Shown in pieces: positions 22,473 to 33,800 of a stretch of DNA of 64,000 nucleotides. The stretch is from a virus. The stretch lies in IMG/VR virus record IMGVR_UViG_3300009152_000041, positions 1,901-65,900 of that record; one strand, given 5' to 3'. Numbering within the stretch: the stretch's first letter is position 1; the number at the start of each line of letters is the position of its first letter. Position numbers and translations under genes: made by a program. The notes under the pieces are model-generated. The model saw only the letters and a program-made list of their open reading frames with translations, was not told where the DNA came from and made no database searches.

Positions 22473-23633
22473 TTACGCTCCCATTATAACAGAGAATAGG
22501 CTAAGCGTACCAGCAGCCATGTAACTTTTATCATCAGATAGTCTATAATCTTTATTGGGTATATTCCTATTATCTACCTTAATATTACCAACAGTGACAG
22601 ACATGATTAGCTCTGAAGAAAGCTTCATCTGTCTTTCTATTTCTGATATTGAAACTGAGTCACCAATTGTGAGACTGTTTAAATATCTATTTAAGAAAAT
22701 CTTTGATTGATTTTCTACGCTTCTAGCAATTGCTCCCGCTGTTCCCTCTCTTAGGGTCAAGGTAGCTGAAACATCTACTAATTTTTTAGTAGCTATTCTA
22801 AGATTCATATTAATACCAACTGGTTTAACTGCTTTAATTTTTTCGTAAACCAACTGACTCATTATACTTATTCCAGCTTGAGTTTCTGGTATAACAACTA
22901 TATCGCAAGTACCAACACCAAGAGAAGCTTCTCTTATTTTTACATCCCTTACACCTTTAACTGACAAGGCTGCAAACCTAACGGATTCTGCGGTACCTGA
23001 AGAGGAACCTCTAATTCCTGAAACTATTCTTCTTCTATAGTTATCGTCAGATTCAGAGTTAAGACTACTATAAACTTCCTTCGGATTATTACAGTACACT
23101 ACGATACCCGGAGGTGATATGAAATTATGTTTTACCAAGGTATTTCTAGCTGCAGTTACATTGTTGTCTGCAAATTTTGCCTTAACTGACCCATAGGCTC
23201 TTGTGTTGCCAGTTGTTATAACGATATCTGAATTTAGCTCATACTGATATTGGGTTGAAGAAAATGCTGTCGTATCATTATATACGAGCGTTCCCTTTGG
23301 AATGGTTACGGTTGAACTGTGAGTTGTATTTAAATAAAATTCTATATTTCCAGTAACTCTTTCTGGGACTAGTTCAGATGATATCGTTCTACGCTGCACG
23401 TTATATAGGGTGCCTATCATATCTAGGTTGATTCCTGAAGCCGTTGAAAGATTAGATTGCTCTATACTCACCTTTAAAGAGTTATAAAGATCGCTAATTT
23501 CAGAATGAATTGCTTCCGCAAAAGCTCTAGCTATTGATCCAGGAGAGATGGCACTGATTCCTGCGTTTTTTTGCAGGGCGTTAAGAGTAGCTACCAGCAT
23601 TTGCTCTTTACTCTTTATGTTAACTGATACCAC
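22473..23633 (-). CDS. baseplate J-like protein, 386 aa
   Basis: GSIARAFAEAIHSEISDLYNSL...SGINLDMIGTLYNVQRR...DDNYRRRIVSGIRGSSSGTAESVRFAALSVKGVRDVKI is typical of gpJ. Confidence 0.88.
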   Translation of the reverse strand: MVSVNIKSKEQMLVATLNALQKNAGISAISPGSIARAFAEAIHSEISDLYNSLKVSIEQSNLSTASGINLDMIGTLYNVQRRTISSELVPERVTGNIEFYLNTTHSSTVTIPKGTLVYNDTTAFSSTQYQYELNSDIVITTGNTRAYGSVKAKFADNNVTAARNTLVKHNFISPPGIVVYCNNPKEVYSSLNSESDDNYRRRIVSGIRGSSSGTAESVRFAALSVKGVRDVKIREASLGVGTCDIVVIPETQAGISIMSQLVYEKIKAVKPVGINMNLRIATKKLVDVSATLTLREGTAGAIARSVENQSKIFLNRYLNSLTIGDSVSISEIERQMKLSSELIMSVTVGNIKVDNRNIPNKDYRLSDDKSYMAAGTLSLFSVIMGA

Positions 23634-23634
23634 T

Positions 23635-24015
23635 TTAGGCTCCTAAGTCTTGCGTTATGGACAATATCGTAGGTTCATTTAAGTCACCCATTAAATAAAC
23701 ATCAAACCTAATGGAGTCTGCGGAAACCGGTACTGCTTCAATAGTAATTTGTCTGTTTTTAAAAACCCCTTCTCTTTCTAGGGCTGCACGAATTAATCTT
23801 TTGCCGAAGTCACCAGTTTGAGGGTTTTGAGGCATTCCGTATAACATCGACAGTTGAGTCCCTAGTTGAGGGTAGATGAAGAAGTCACCTGGCTCAGTCA
23901 TCAACCTCATGTATACATGCTGTATATCTTTTTCTGACATAGATTGGACTAAGCCCAAATCTCCAGATCCATTTACCACTAAATCACCACTAAGGCTGAT
24001 ATAAAAATCAGACAT
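23635..24015 (-). CDS. gp25/gpW-like baseplate wedge protein, 126 aa
   Basis: GDLGLVQSMSEKDIQHVYMRLMTEPGDFFIYPQLGTQL...IRAALEREG pattern, adjacent to gpJ. Confidence 0.75.
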   Translation of the reverse strand: MSDFYISLSGDLVVNGSGDLGLVQSMSEKDIQHVYMRLMTEPGDFFIYPQLGTQLSMLYGMPQNPQTGDFGKRLIRAALEREGVFKNRQITIEAVPVSADSIRFDVYLMGDLNEPTILSITQDLGA

Positions 24016-24736
24016 TATTGTCTCCTATGCTTTCTTTAACAATATCTAACGCCTGGTTTATCGAACGTCCATTAGACATTAGGTCTCTTATTCTATTTAT
24101 TAAATTAGCCTTTGACATACTCTCTGCATTAAACAACGCAGAAGAGTTCCTATCCCAAAAAGAATCTAATTTAATAATATCTTCTTTTGTAAAATCATTA
24201 TCTAATGAAGAATTTTCCAATACATCCACCGAGACAACATCAGTGTTAGTGGTTTCTCTATAGGCGTAGCTGCCGTTAATAGTAACTGTCTGTTGTGAAT
24301 CTTCTTGGTCTATTAAATCTAAATTCTTTATGTAATGATCCATATTTAAAAAAGCTGGATTATAAGATTTATCATTTGCGCTGACAAATGCTGGCTCGGA
24401 AAACACAGTTGCCGAATGATTAAACTCCATAGAGTTCCATTTTAAACCATCTTCTTTTGTAAAAAACTTAATATTATCCGCAAAAAGAGAAATGGTTTTT
24501 GTTGATCCATTTATGACTATACCTACTCCAGGCGCTGAAAATATTTCTATATCACCAGAATCCGTTAGTCTTATAAAAGATGAATTATCCGGATGAGTAA
24601 GTCCTACTTCTCTTTGGGAAAAGTTTTTTCTCCTACTTAATTCATCTAACTCAGAAGCGGTCTTGCCAGCTACTGATTCAAAAGACTTTTGTGCATGAAT
24701 TTTTTCTGACATTTTAAACCATAAACTTTGGTACAC
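24008..24736 (-). CDS. hypothetical baseplate-associated protein, 242 aa
   Basis: ORF between gpV-like and gp25-like genes. Confidence 0.6.
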   Translation of the reverse strand: MYQSLWFKMSEKIHAQKSFESVAGKTASELDELSRRKNFSQREVGLTHPDNSSFIRLTDSGDIEIFSAPGVGIVINGSTKTISLFADNIKFFTKEDGLKWNSMEFNHSATVFSEPAFVSANDKSYNPAFLNMDHYIKNLDLIDQEDSQQTVTINGSYAYRETTNTDVVSVDVLENSSLDNDFTKEDIIKLDSFWDRNSSALFNAESMSKANLINRIRDLMSNGRSINQALDIVKESIGDNNV

Positions 24737-25076
24737 CAGTGTCTACACTGTAGTTGGGCATATATCTTCCTACGCTATTTGTATCGTCTATATATGATAC
24801 TATATGTGGAAATCTTTCATTGGCATCCGCGAAACCAACTATACATCTCGTGCCTGCTGTTGGTGCAACGCTTTGTACGCCAAGGGTAGATGGACATGGA
24901 ACGCTTCTTAATATGTTGCCAACTTGATTTGTCATCCTATCGTCTAGGATAATTACAGCTGTATTGGTCATTTTATTATATGACATAATAGTTCCAGATC
25001 TTGTTTTAGATTGCTGAAGCTGATTATTGCTAATGTGTGAATTTAATTTTTCATCAAACTTTGGATACTGTTTCAT
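24714..25076 (-). CDS. gpV-like/spike OB-fold baseplate protein, 120 aa
   Basis: SGTIMSYNKMTNTAVIILDDRMTNQVGNILRSVPCP...GTRCIVGFADANERFPHIVSY plus synteny with gp25 and gpJ. Confidence 0.6.
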   Translation of the reverse strand: MKQYPKFDEKLNSHISNNQLQQSKTRSGTIMSYNKMTNTAVIILDDRMTNQVGNILRSVPCPSTLGVQSVAPTAGTRCIVGFADANERFPHIVSYIDDTNSVGRYMPNYSVDTGVPKFMV

Positions 25077-25087
25077 ATGTTATCCCC

Positions 25088-27842
25088 TTATGCGCTCCAC
25101 GCAGATGATGTTCCAGCATACTCATACTTACTTCCTGGGAAGGTTGTTGAATTTATATTTCTTGGTCTTATTCTTTCTGAACCTTGACTCTCATCGTGCT
25201 GGTCAACATATTGACCGTTTCCCACTGAAATCCCTACGTGGCCATAGCCATCGGCCCCACCCTTCCAAAACACCAAATAACCAGCTGGTGGGTTCTTTCC
25301 AAATTCGGTGTTTGGTCCATAGAATGAGGAGCTAGATATAAGATTAGACAGGTGTTCTCCTGCTGTTGGGAATGAGCTAAGACTAGGTGTGGGCACGGTA
25401 TATTCAGGTGCGTTGCCGGCAGTTCCCCACTCATCTGTAAACAGTGCAGTTTGGGCTGTACCAAATAATCCTAAAGCTGCTGAGAGAACTCTGGCAAATC
25501 TATCACAGCCAAAATTAGGGGGATCCAAAAGATCTGGACGGTACTTAGTCAACCATTGAGGAATTTTGTTAGTACTAATCCAATCTGCGGCTTCTTCGAT
25601 TTGGTACTTAGTGAAAGATGCGGGAGACCCATCTCCACCAGCACCTTGTTTTTCAACTACGTCAACGTTATAGGTGATAACTCCACTATCGCCTTCGTTT
25701 ATCAATGAACCATCTTTAGCATGATCATAGAATACCGTACCGTCCATCCACTGTTCTATGTAATTTATTGTTCTTTTATTACTCTTTTTGAAGTTTACTC
25801 TAACCCAATCCTCTAGCGTTTCTATGGGTTTTCCTGTTGTTAAATATACGTTAACAGCATTTTGAAATTTTGTTCCGAATATAAATCCACAATCAGATCT
25901 TGGTGTACCATCTGAATTATTATAATCTCCCCAATGGAAAAAACCGTTAGATCCATCTATCTTATTTACGTTTTTGAAATCTGATCTACCCCACTTATCC
26001 ATCAGCATCCAAACTTGATTAATCGGAAACCACAACCTATCATCGGTAGTAGACTTTGAAGCCTCTTTATTGGTGGTTGTAGTATAAATATCTACTAATT
26101 TTTTTGCTACTGCATTAGGATCCCAGGAAGAGGCTTCAGTAGCAGAGTACATTAACCTATGGGCTTTAACTAATTGCTTTGTTGCAGCAGAACCATCGTA
26201 ATAAATTGGCACGTTGCTTGATGTGTTAGTTGACCTCGTAATTAAGGAAATTAAATTATACTGAAACATTCCAATTGAAACGTCACCACCCCAACTTGTT
26301 TTACTGTCACTGCATTTGCCGTTATAACCCGCTGGACTAGCTCCACTCTCTCTTCCCGCTACAGCGCAAAAAATTGCTGCTGCCTCATCAGAGAATGGAC
26401 CTTCTTGGGAAAGCATTATGAATAGCTCGTAAGGAGTTATTGGTGGACCACCATTTTTGTAATTTTTATAGGCTTTTTCTTTTGCTGATGCCCCACTTGC
26501 TGAATCATCTACTGGGTTTCCATTTTCATCAAACTTTTGAGCTGAAGCATCAGAGGTTGTCCAGCCGCCAGAACCAATATATTTACCACCTCTTTGTGGA
26601 CTGAAACTAATGTGTATATTTTCTGTGTGTTCTGGACCAAATTCAAAGTTAACATATTTTAGATTTGGATATTGTGTTTTGATTGCAGTATCAACTGACT
26701 CAAAACCTTCTCCAATTCCTTTATCCTTTGCAACGTCTGGATCAATTACTATAAGATCTGGCATTAGCGGTTGTGGCATTGTGTTTAACTTTTGCAAAAC
26801 AATATCTAAGGCAACTGCGTATCTCTCTTTACCTCTTATTACGCCATAATCACCAACTGATCTAATATCAAATGCTCTTCCAAAAACATGATCAGAAATA
26901 GAGTTCTTAGCATTTTTGTCAATTCCACTTTCTGGATTTGAATGCCTACTCGTCTTATCGCTTTCTGACAACACTGCTCTATTAAGAGCAAATGTTCCAT
27001 TTATTTTAACGCCTTTATTTACATCTGTCATCATTAATAAACATTCTATTAGAGAAGCGCTAATAAATGCTTTTTTCTTAGGAGAACTTATTAACGATGA
27101 TTCAACCGATAACTCAGTTGAGTCAACATTATAATATGAATTTGTTTGCACGAAAGAATAGGAAGATAGAACATCTGGTATGTCAAAATCAAACCCAATT
27201 GTTAAAGCTGGCTCATTAATAGATTGCTTAAGTAATGTTCCTCTGTCTATATAGATTTGCTTCTCTTCTTCACTTAATTCTTCTTCTGCTGCAATAGCTC
27301 TTTCTCCTAAGCCTGGAGCTTCACTATCTATTGTATAGGCGGTGCTATTGTGTGTGAATAGTGCTCCAGTGGAATCTCCAACTTTAGACTTATCATTTCC
27401 TGGCCATTTTCCATTTGTTGACTCCAGTAAAGGGTTTAGAACTGACGTTGGTGCAAAACCAGTTCCAACTAAAGACTGAGAAACTACTTTCAAGTATGCT
27501 TGGTCACCTTTTAATACATCAACATCTCCCGGTCCTTGATAATCTGGATTAGCTATCTGGAATGCATCACCAGACTGAATTCCCGTTGCAAGAATGGAAT
27601 GAAGGGATGATCTAACGAACCTAGACGATGCGTCTGCTAATGCTGCAGGATTTCTAGTTAATGCTCCGTCCAGCCATTATGTCTGTTAAATTTCTAGATG
27701 TTAATGTCTGATTTGCGTACTTTTCTTTTGAAGCTGAAGTATGTAAGCTATTCGCTCCATCGGGATTATAGCCTTCCGACAACTTTGATATAAAAGCAGC
27801 AGAATCATTAAAGTCATTTAGATTAAAATTAAAATCAGACAT
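25088..27842 (-). CDS. multi-domain tail lysin/hub protein, about 917 aa, via +1 frameshift at CGG 27666-27668 (fuses 27654..27842 and 25088..27493)
   Basis: Peptidase M15-like motifs (SDHVFGRAFDI; FGPEHTENIHIS), lysozyme/transglycosylase-like AAIFCAVAGRESG...SIGMFQYN, and NlpC/CHAP-like GYLVFWKGGADGYGHVGISVGNG; N-terminus supplied by the upstream ORF. Confidence 0.82.
27666..27668 (-). other. +1 frameshift site: GGA CGG A
   Basis: Codon 59 is CGG; TAG after 3 more codons. The +1 frame (ALTRNPAALADASSRFVRSSLHS...) has no start codon until TTG 27493. Confidence 0.85.
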
Positions 27843-27844
27843 TA

Positions 27845-30800
27845 TTACAATCCACCCTTTTGTTCAACAAGACTAGGCATTGGTATAGATCTATCTAAGC
27901 CGCCAGTAGATGCTCTCTCTCTTAATAGGTCTACGGTGTAGACTTGAGCTAAGTTATTTGTTACTAGTTCCCAGTTAAGAGTTGCTGGTACTCCGTCATT
28001 ATAGTACTCATCCCAAGAAATATATGGCCATTCTGAAGCTTTTGAATAAAGAACTTCTAATATTTTAAAGTTAACTAAATCATTAAACAATTTTCTTTCA
28101 TCATTAGTTATAGTTAATAATGGGTCCGTTTCTCCAGTAATTTCAAAATGATTTTCCATACCAGAAGTATATATTGAGTTATATATTTCATCAAACTTTT
28201 GACCAAATACTGATTCTTGATAAAGATTTTTTTTGAATTTTTCTTTTTTCTGTATAATATTTAAGCCAAGATTTTGCACAAAGAAAGATCTTACTATAGA
28301 AATATTTGTTTCTTTATCCTCATCGAGGATCCTGTAAAATACGGTTCCTAAAGATTTTTCTCTTTCTTGGTCTCCATAATTAACACCCTTAAAATAACTA
28401 TTTGTATTATTAATTCTTGAACCAGGCGACAAGTCATCTTCTGTGTAAATAGAAACTGAAGATTGATCATTTGGAGAAATTCTAATAACAAAAGGCTTAT
28501 CTCTGAGTCTTTCACTTACGAAAATTGCTGCTCTTCCACCTGGTGAATTAACGTTTATTGCAGTCGTTGGATCATCTGGTTTATACCCAGCTTGTATAGA
28601 AGTATTTGTGTAGGCTTGAAAAGTGCCAAGACTTGAAGCTATTATTCCCTCTAGTCTGACCTTAAAAGGTTGACCAGTTGGATTCATCAAATCTATAACT
28701 TCTATCTCATCACCATCTATAACATTGTTTAATTTGCATATCACTTTAAAGTATTGATTTAACCCAGTTTTATCTGGACCAGTTCCAGAATATTTTAATA
28801 CCTCAGCGTTAACTAATGCATTTTCGTAACTCACATATCTTACTAGGTCGGTTATTTCTTTTTCTTTCCAACCTAAACTCTTAAGTAAGTCGTCATTTCT
28901 AATAAATGCATTGCCGTCAACGGTTCTAACCTTGCTCTTTACTCCTAAGATTCCAGGAAGAAGTCTCTTTGTATGATATCTACCAACAACCATTCCTTGA
29001 TTTATTGCAAGACTAGCATCCATCGGTTGACCGTTTTTATTCAGGTAAGATATATAACAACCATGTTGATCTAAAACGTTATCCCTTACCCACTTCCAGC
29101 CCTTCCAAAATAAATCAGATGCTATTCCAGCACCAATTCCAGCACCAATTGGTCCACCAAGAAGTGCCCCAGCTGTTGCGGTTAAGCCAACGGTAGTCAA
29201 GTAAGTTGCTGCAATTCCAGTTAAGCTCATTCCATTTTCAGAGTTTTGCTTCATCTGATTCTCTATTTGAGATTGAGCGTCTGTTAATCCTTCGGCCGCA
29301 AAGTTTGCCATTATGTCAGACATGAGTGCGCTTGATCCATGAGTAAACTGTACGCCACCCATCATTTGTGACCTTAGCGCCTCTGACATTCCATCAACGG
29401 AGATATTTCCACCAGACAAGATTCCAGTACTTCCAGCTTGCACTGAGTTAATTAAACTTCTTGTATCATTTCTTATATTCTGAATTGACATCCAAGAGTG
29501 AATCCAACTGGACATAAACCATCTAGCTGGATCATTTACGGTTACAAGAGCGTTAGGCGTAATAGAAGTGATGAATCCCATATTTGGGGTAAAGTGATGA
29601 ACCACTTGTTCAACTTCAAAAATTCCATACATTCTTTCATAGACGTCAGCTAGATAAACTAAGTCATGAGGTCTTATGTCTGGACTTCCTATTACAATTA
29701 ACTCTCCAGAATAAATATCTTTTAAAGATTCTTTAAGGTGAGCTAAGGCAACTCTTCTTGCCATTAGTTCATCTGGCGCACCTTGAGATAGTTTTATTGC
29801 TCCTCTTGCAAATTCTATTGGATGGAACAACGGTTGAGCAATTCCGAATAAACCTTCGCCAGCTATATTGTCAAAAAATAAACCAGTCTCTACAGTTTTT
29901 TCAACCTGTCTTTCTGCTGGAATGCTCTTATCCAAAGCTACTGTTACTGGATACTTTCCTTCAGATACAGCGGTTACTTGAGTTGCTACGTTAGTTGTAG
30001 TCTCTTGTATATTATTGGCTATGATAGTTGAAAATGAACTTAAGTAATGTATTTTTTGAAATGGCTCACGTACTTCAACTACTGGTTCACCATACTCTCT
30101 AGTAAATGGATTGTCAATGGCCCTTAGAAGTGATCCAGGTCTTCCTAATGAGTAGTAAATAGAATCGTTTAATACTTTATTCATAATGTTTGCTTGCTTA
30201 GAGAAGTTGTCTATATTAGACAAACCATATCCCATCTGAAGCATCGACATTCTAAACATGTTCATTAGACCTGATAGGCCATCGCTTAGTGCCGTAAACA
30301 ATGGCCCAATATTTTGATCCCAGAATTTATCAATATTATGAGTTAGTACACCAACTACGTTACCTGCACTATTTCCCTCACCTTTATTGTCTGCTAAAAG
30401 TTTTAAGAACTTTCTTTTATTTGATGCGTAGTCTTGATTTGGATCAATAAATGCAGCAAATATTTTATGAACAGGGCTAAAGTCCCACATATCATCACTC
30501 GAATACTGTCTGTTTGGTTTTAGTACCAACCAAGCTCGTGCATATGCGTCCTGCCACATTGCTTGTCTAAACATTCCAACTATTAATAAAAACACTTGCT
30601 TTGGTGTAAAGTTATCTTTAATTATATCATCTGCTTTTGGCTGCCCACCACCAACATCAGCACCAAGTATTAAAGACAAATTAGATTGCGACTGTAAGAA
30701 TAATCCTAATTTTTTATATTTTGTTTTTGTTAAAGCATCGAAATATCTGACCAACCCACCTTCATCAAGAGGTGCATCAACTAAGTTTTTTCTAGCGAAT

Positions 30801-33800
30801 TCTATAGCTTGTTTAACCGTATCAGAACTGACTGATGATGCAACCCCTGTTTCAATCTGCCTCTCCATTGAATCAGCTGTACCAGATGGTTTTCCAGTTC
30901 TTTGATTTGGATTTGCTATAAAATCGCTTCCAAGCAATAAACTGAATTCATCTACTGCCGTACTGTCTGGACCATTAGCACTAAATAATTTAAATATGTC
31001 TGGATTTGCTTTTGGATCTCGTAATATTGCTACTAAGAAATCCGGAAGCGGCGTTGTGTCATCAGGATCCATGCCAAAAGCATCAAAAAATATTTTCTTT
31101 ATTGAGATTTCGTTATGGTAACCAAATCTAAATTGATCCCATATATCATTTGCTTGACTAAGATTTCTTCCATTTCCAGCTATTACATGAGTAGCTGGAC
31201 TAAATCCTTCATCAAAAAACTCTCTAGCTTTTATGGATTCTGGTGCAGCTGGATCATATACAGGAGCAAAACGTTCTCTTCCAGCGCCAGAATCCTCATC
31301 TCCAGTAGTTTTAAGCTCACCATCTAAAACTTCATATAACTTTTCTCTTTCAAGAGCGCTGTACTCTGCCTTTAGTATGTAGTCAAAATAACTATTTTCT
31401 TGGTCTTTACCAGCAAGGATGTTTCCACCTCTAGCGGCTGCTTCAGCAAAATGGCCTTGATCAAGAAGTGTTATTCCACTTACTGGAATATACTCTTGCC
31501 ACTGAGTATTTGTAAAAGCTGTTGGTCTTTCATTTAATAGCTCTAATTGTCTTTCAAGATTATCTGCTGTACCGGATATACCCAGCTTCTGCATACCTGA
31601 TTTATTTGCTTTTTCTGCTATAAGTTTTCCATCACCCTCTGCCGAGAAGGCACCAAAGCCAATGTAGTAATCCATGTCAACATGAGTTTCACCGTTATAG
31701 TTAAACTCATTAGCTGGGTTGTATATTGTTGTTACAACGCCAAGTGGAATACTGTCATCTACAAAAGTAAAGTAGCAGTCTCTTGGCATTGGCACTGGAG
31801 CAAGTCCGGCTTTTGCTAATGCTTGAGCTGATGCGTTGGAAGAAGAATTATCATTACCAGTTTCATCACTTTCTGCTCCAAAGTATTTTTTTTCATTTTC
31901 TGTAAGATGCATCACTCCAAGAAAATATGCCGCGTCTGGGGAAACAACGGCTGCTAAATCTACTTCCTTAAAAGTATCGGCTTTAAAGTTAATAAACTGA
32001 TCATCAGTTCTGTTTCCAGCATCAGATAAATTACCGTCGATTAAGTCAGCTTTATCTGTTCCCCATAAGAAGTATGCTGGCTTACACACAACTGCTGTTC
32101 TAGTTGTTGGACTATAAACTAAAACTTTTCTGTTCTTATAATCTTTTGGTTTACCATAAAATTGATTTACATCTCTATCTGAGAAATATTTATCTTTAAA
32201 CTTTTTAAATATTTCATCATCTTTATCTTCAATTATTTCATATGGCCATCTCATAGCTATGTAGAATTGCTCATCAAGAGCGCTAACTGGAGATCCCCAA
32301 TCTCTGTAACTAAATGGACTTCCAGAAGTAATTCTATTTTGATTAATATACTCGTACTCCCAAGATCCCTCAAGAGAATCCAATCCTCTAGTTTGCTCTT
32401 TCAAGGAAGGCAGTGGCATTCTTATTAACGACTTACTTCCTGCTACTCCACTTGTGTTTAAGTCAAATATAAATTTATCATTACCAAATGTATTGATTGG
32501 ATTAACTGCAGCAGTAAATGATACTCCTGCAAGATTTATAGCAAATTCATCTTCAGAGCCACCTTCACGGTTGTCCGTTAGTGAACCAGCAAGTAGGCCT
32601 GCTTCTGTATCTATTAAGGTTGTATATAGAGTATCGTGACCTAACTTTTCAAAATCTTTGTCACCATCATGTATGGTTCCAGTCTTGAGTCTTTCATCAC
32701 CTTCTCCTGACTTATTGCTACTTAATGCGTAGAATGCGTAGTCTAATAAAACTGCTCCAGCAACCCTGTCTGTGAAAAATGGAAAAGAAAACCTAAGCGG
32801 CATTTGGGGTATTTCTTTGTGTATACCTTTTATTTTTTCAATATCTAACTCAGATGCTTGTCCACTGGAATCTATCGGCAAGTGAAAACCAACCGTTACG
32901 TAACCTTTATTCTTTGGTATTTCCGATATAATATCATTGAATAATTGTTCTTTTGTTGTTTTATTGTTTCCGTAGTACGCAGTTCTAAAAGGATCCAAGA
33001 AGTTAATTACTTTACCTCTTAGTATCCCAGCAGGTGCATATATGTCTGAGTATGATGATTGTTGTCTAACTATTTCAGAAATAGATATTGCTGGATTTTG
33101 TGCCTGCCTCATTGCTTCGTAATCAGCAGTAGAATTTGATTGCTTGTTAACCTTTGTCAAGAGATCCATTAATTCTGAATCTGGAGTTCTATAACTTGGA
33201 GTCTTTAATCCTAGTTCTACAGCTCTTTTTTCAGAAGGAAAACCAGTAGTGATTGGAACTACTGCTGAAGTGTACAACCAGTGTGGCTTACCATAGAATA
33301 CGGTTGATCTGTCTTCAAACGGTCTTACGGCAACGATGTAGTTTGGAAGTAGTCTTGCGCACATTTGGAAAAGATCCCAAACAGATTTCATATATGTTTG
33401 CGCTCTAAATGAAACTTCATCAAAGCCTGGCATGTCGTCATCAAGATCACTAATTAGTCCAAACGTTTTCCAAATGTTTACACCGCCTCTACCAGTTAAG
33501 CTTCCAAGCAAAGATGCTCCTCCACCAACTGCCATAGCTCCACCTATGACTGGAAGCGCAATACCACCTGTACCAATAGCTAATGCGGCTCCTGCTGCCA
33601 ACAGTCCTCCACCAGGCACTGCTGCTGCGGTTCCGCCACTAGCTCTTGCTTCCATTCCCTGTGTTAGATTATCTATTGCAGCTGAGGCATTTTCTGATCC
33701 TCCATCATATCTTTGAAGTAAATTATTCCATGAAGAATCTGTAAGTCTATTTAGATATTCCAATCTTGGATTTGGCATGTCTTCGGGAGTTAAAGATGCT

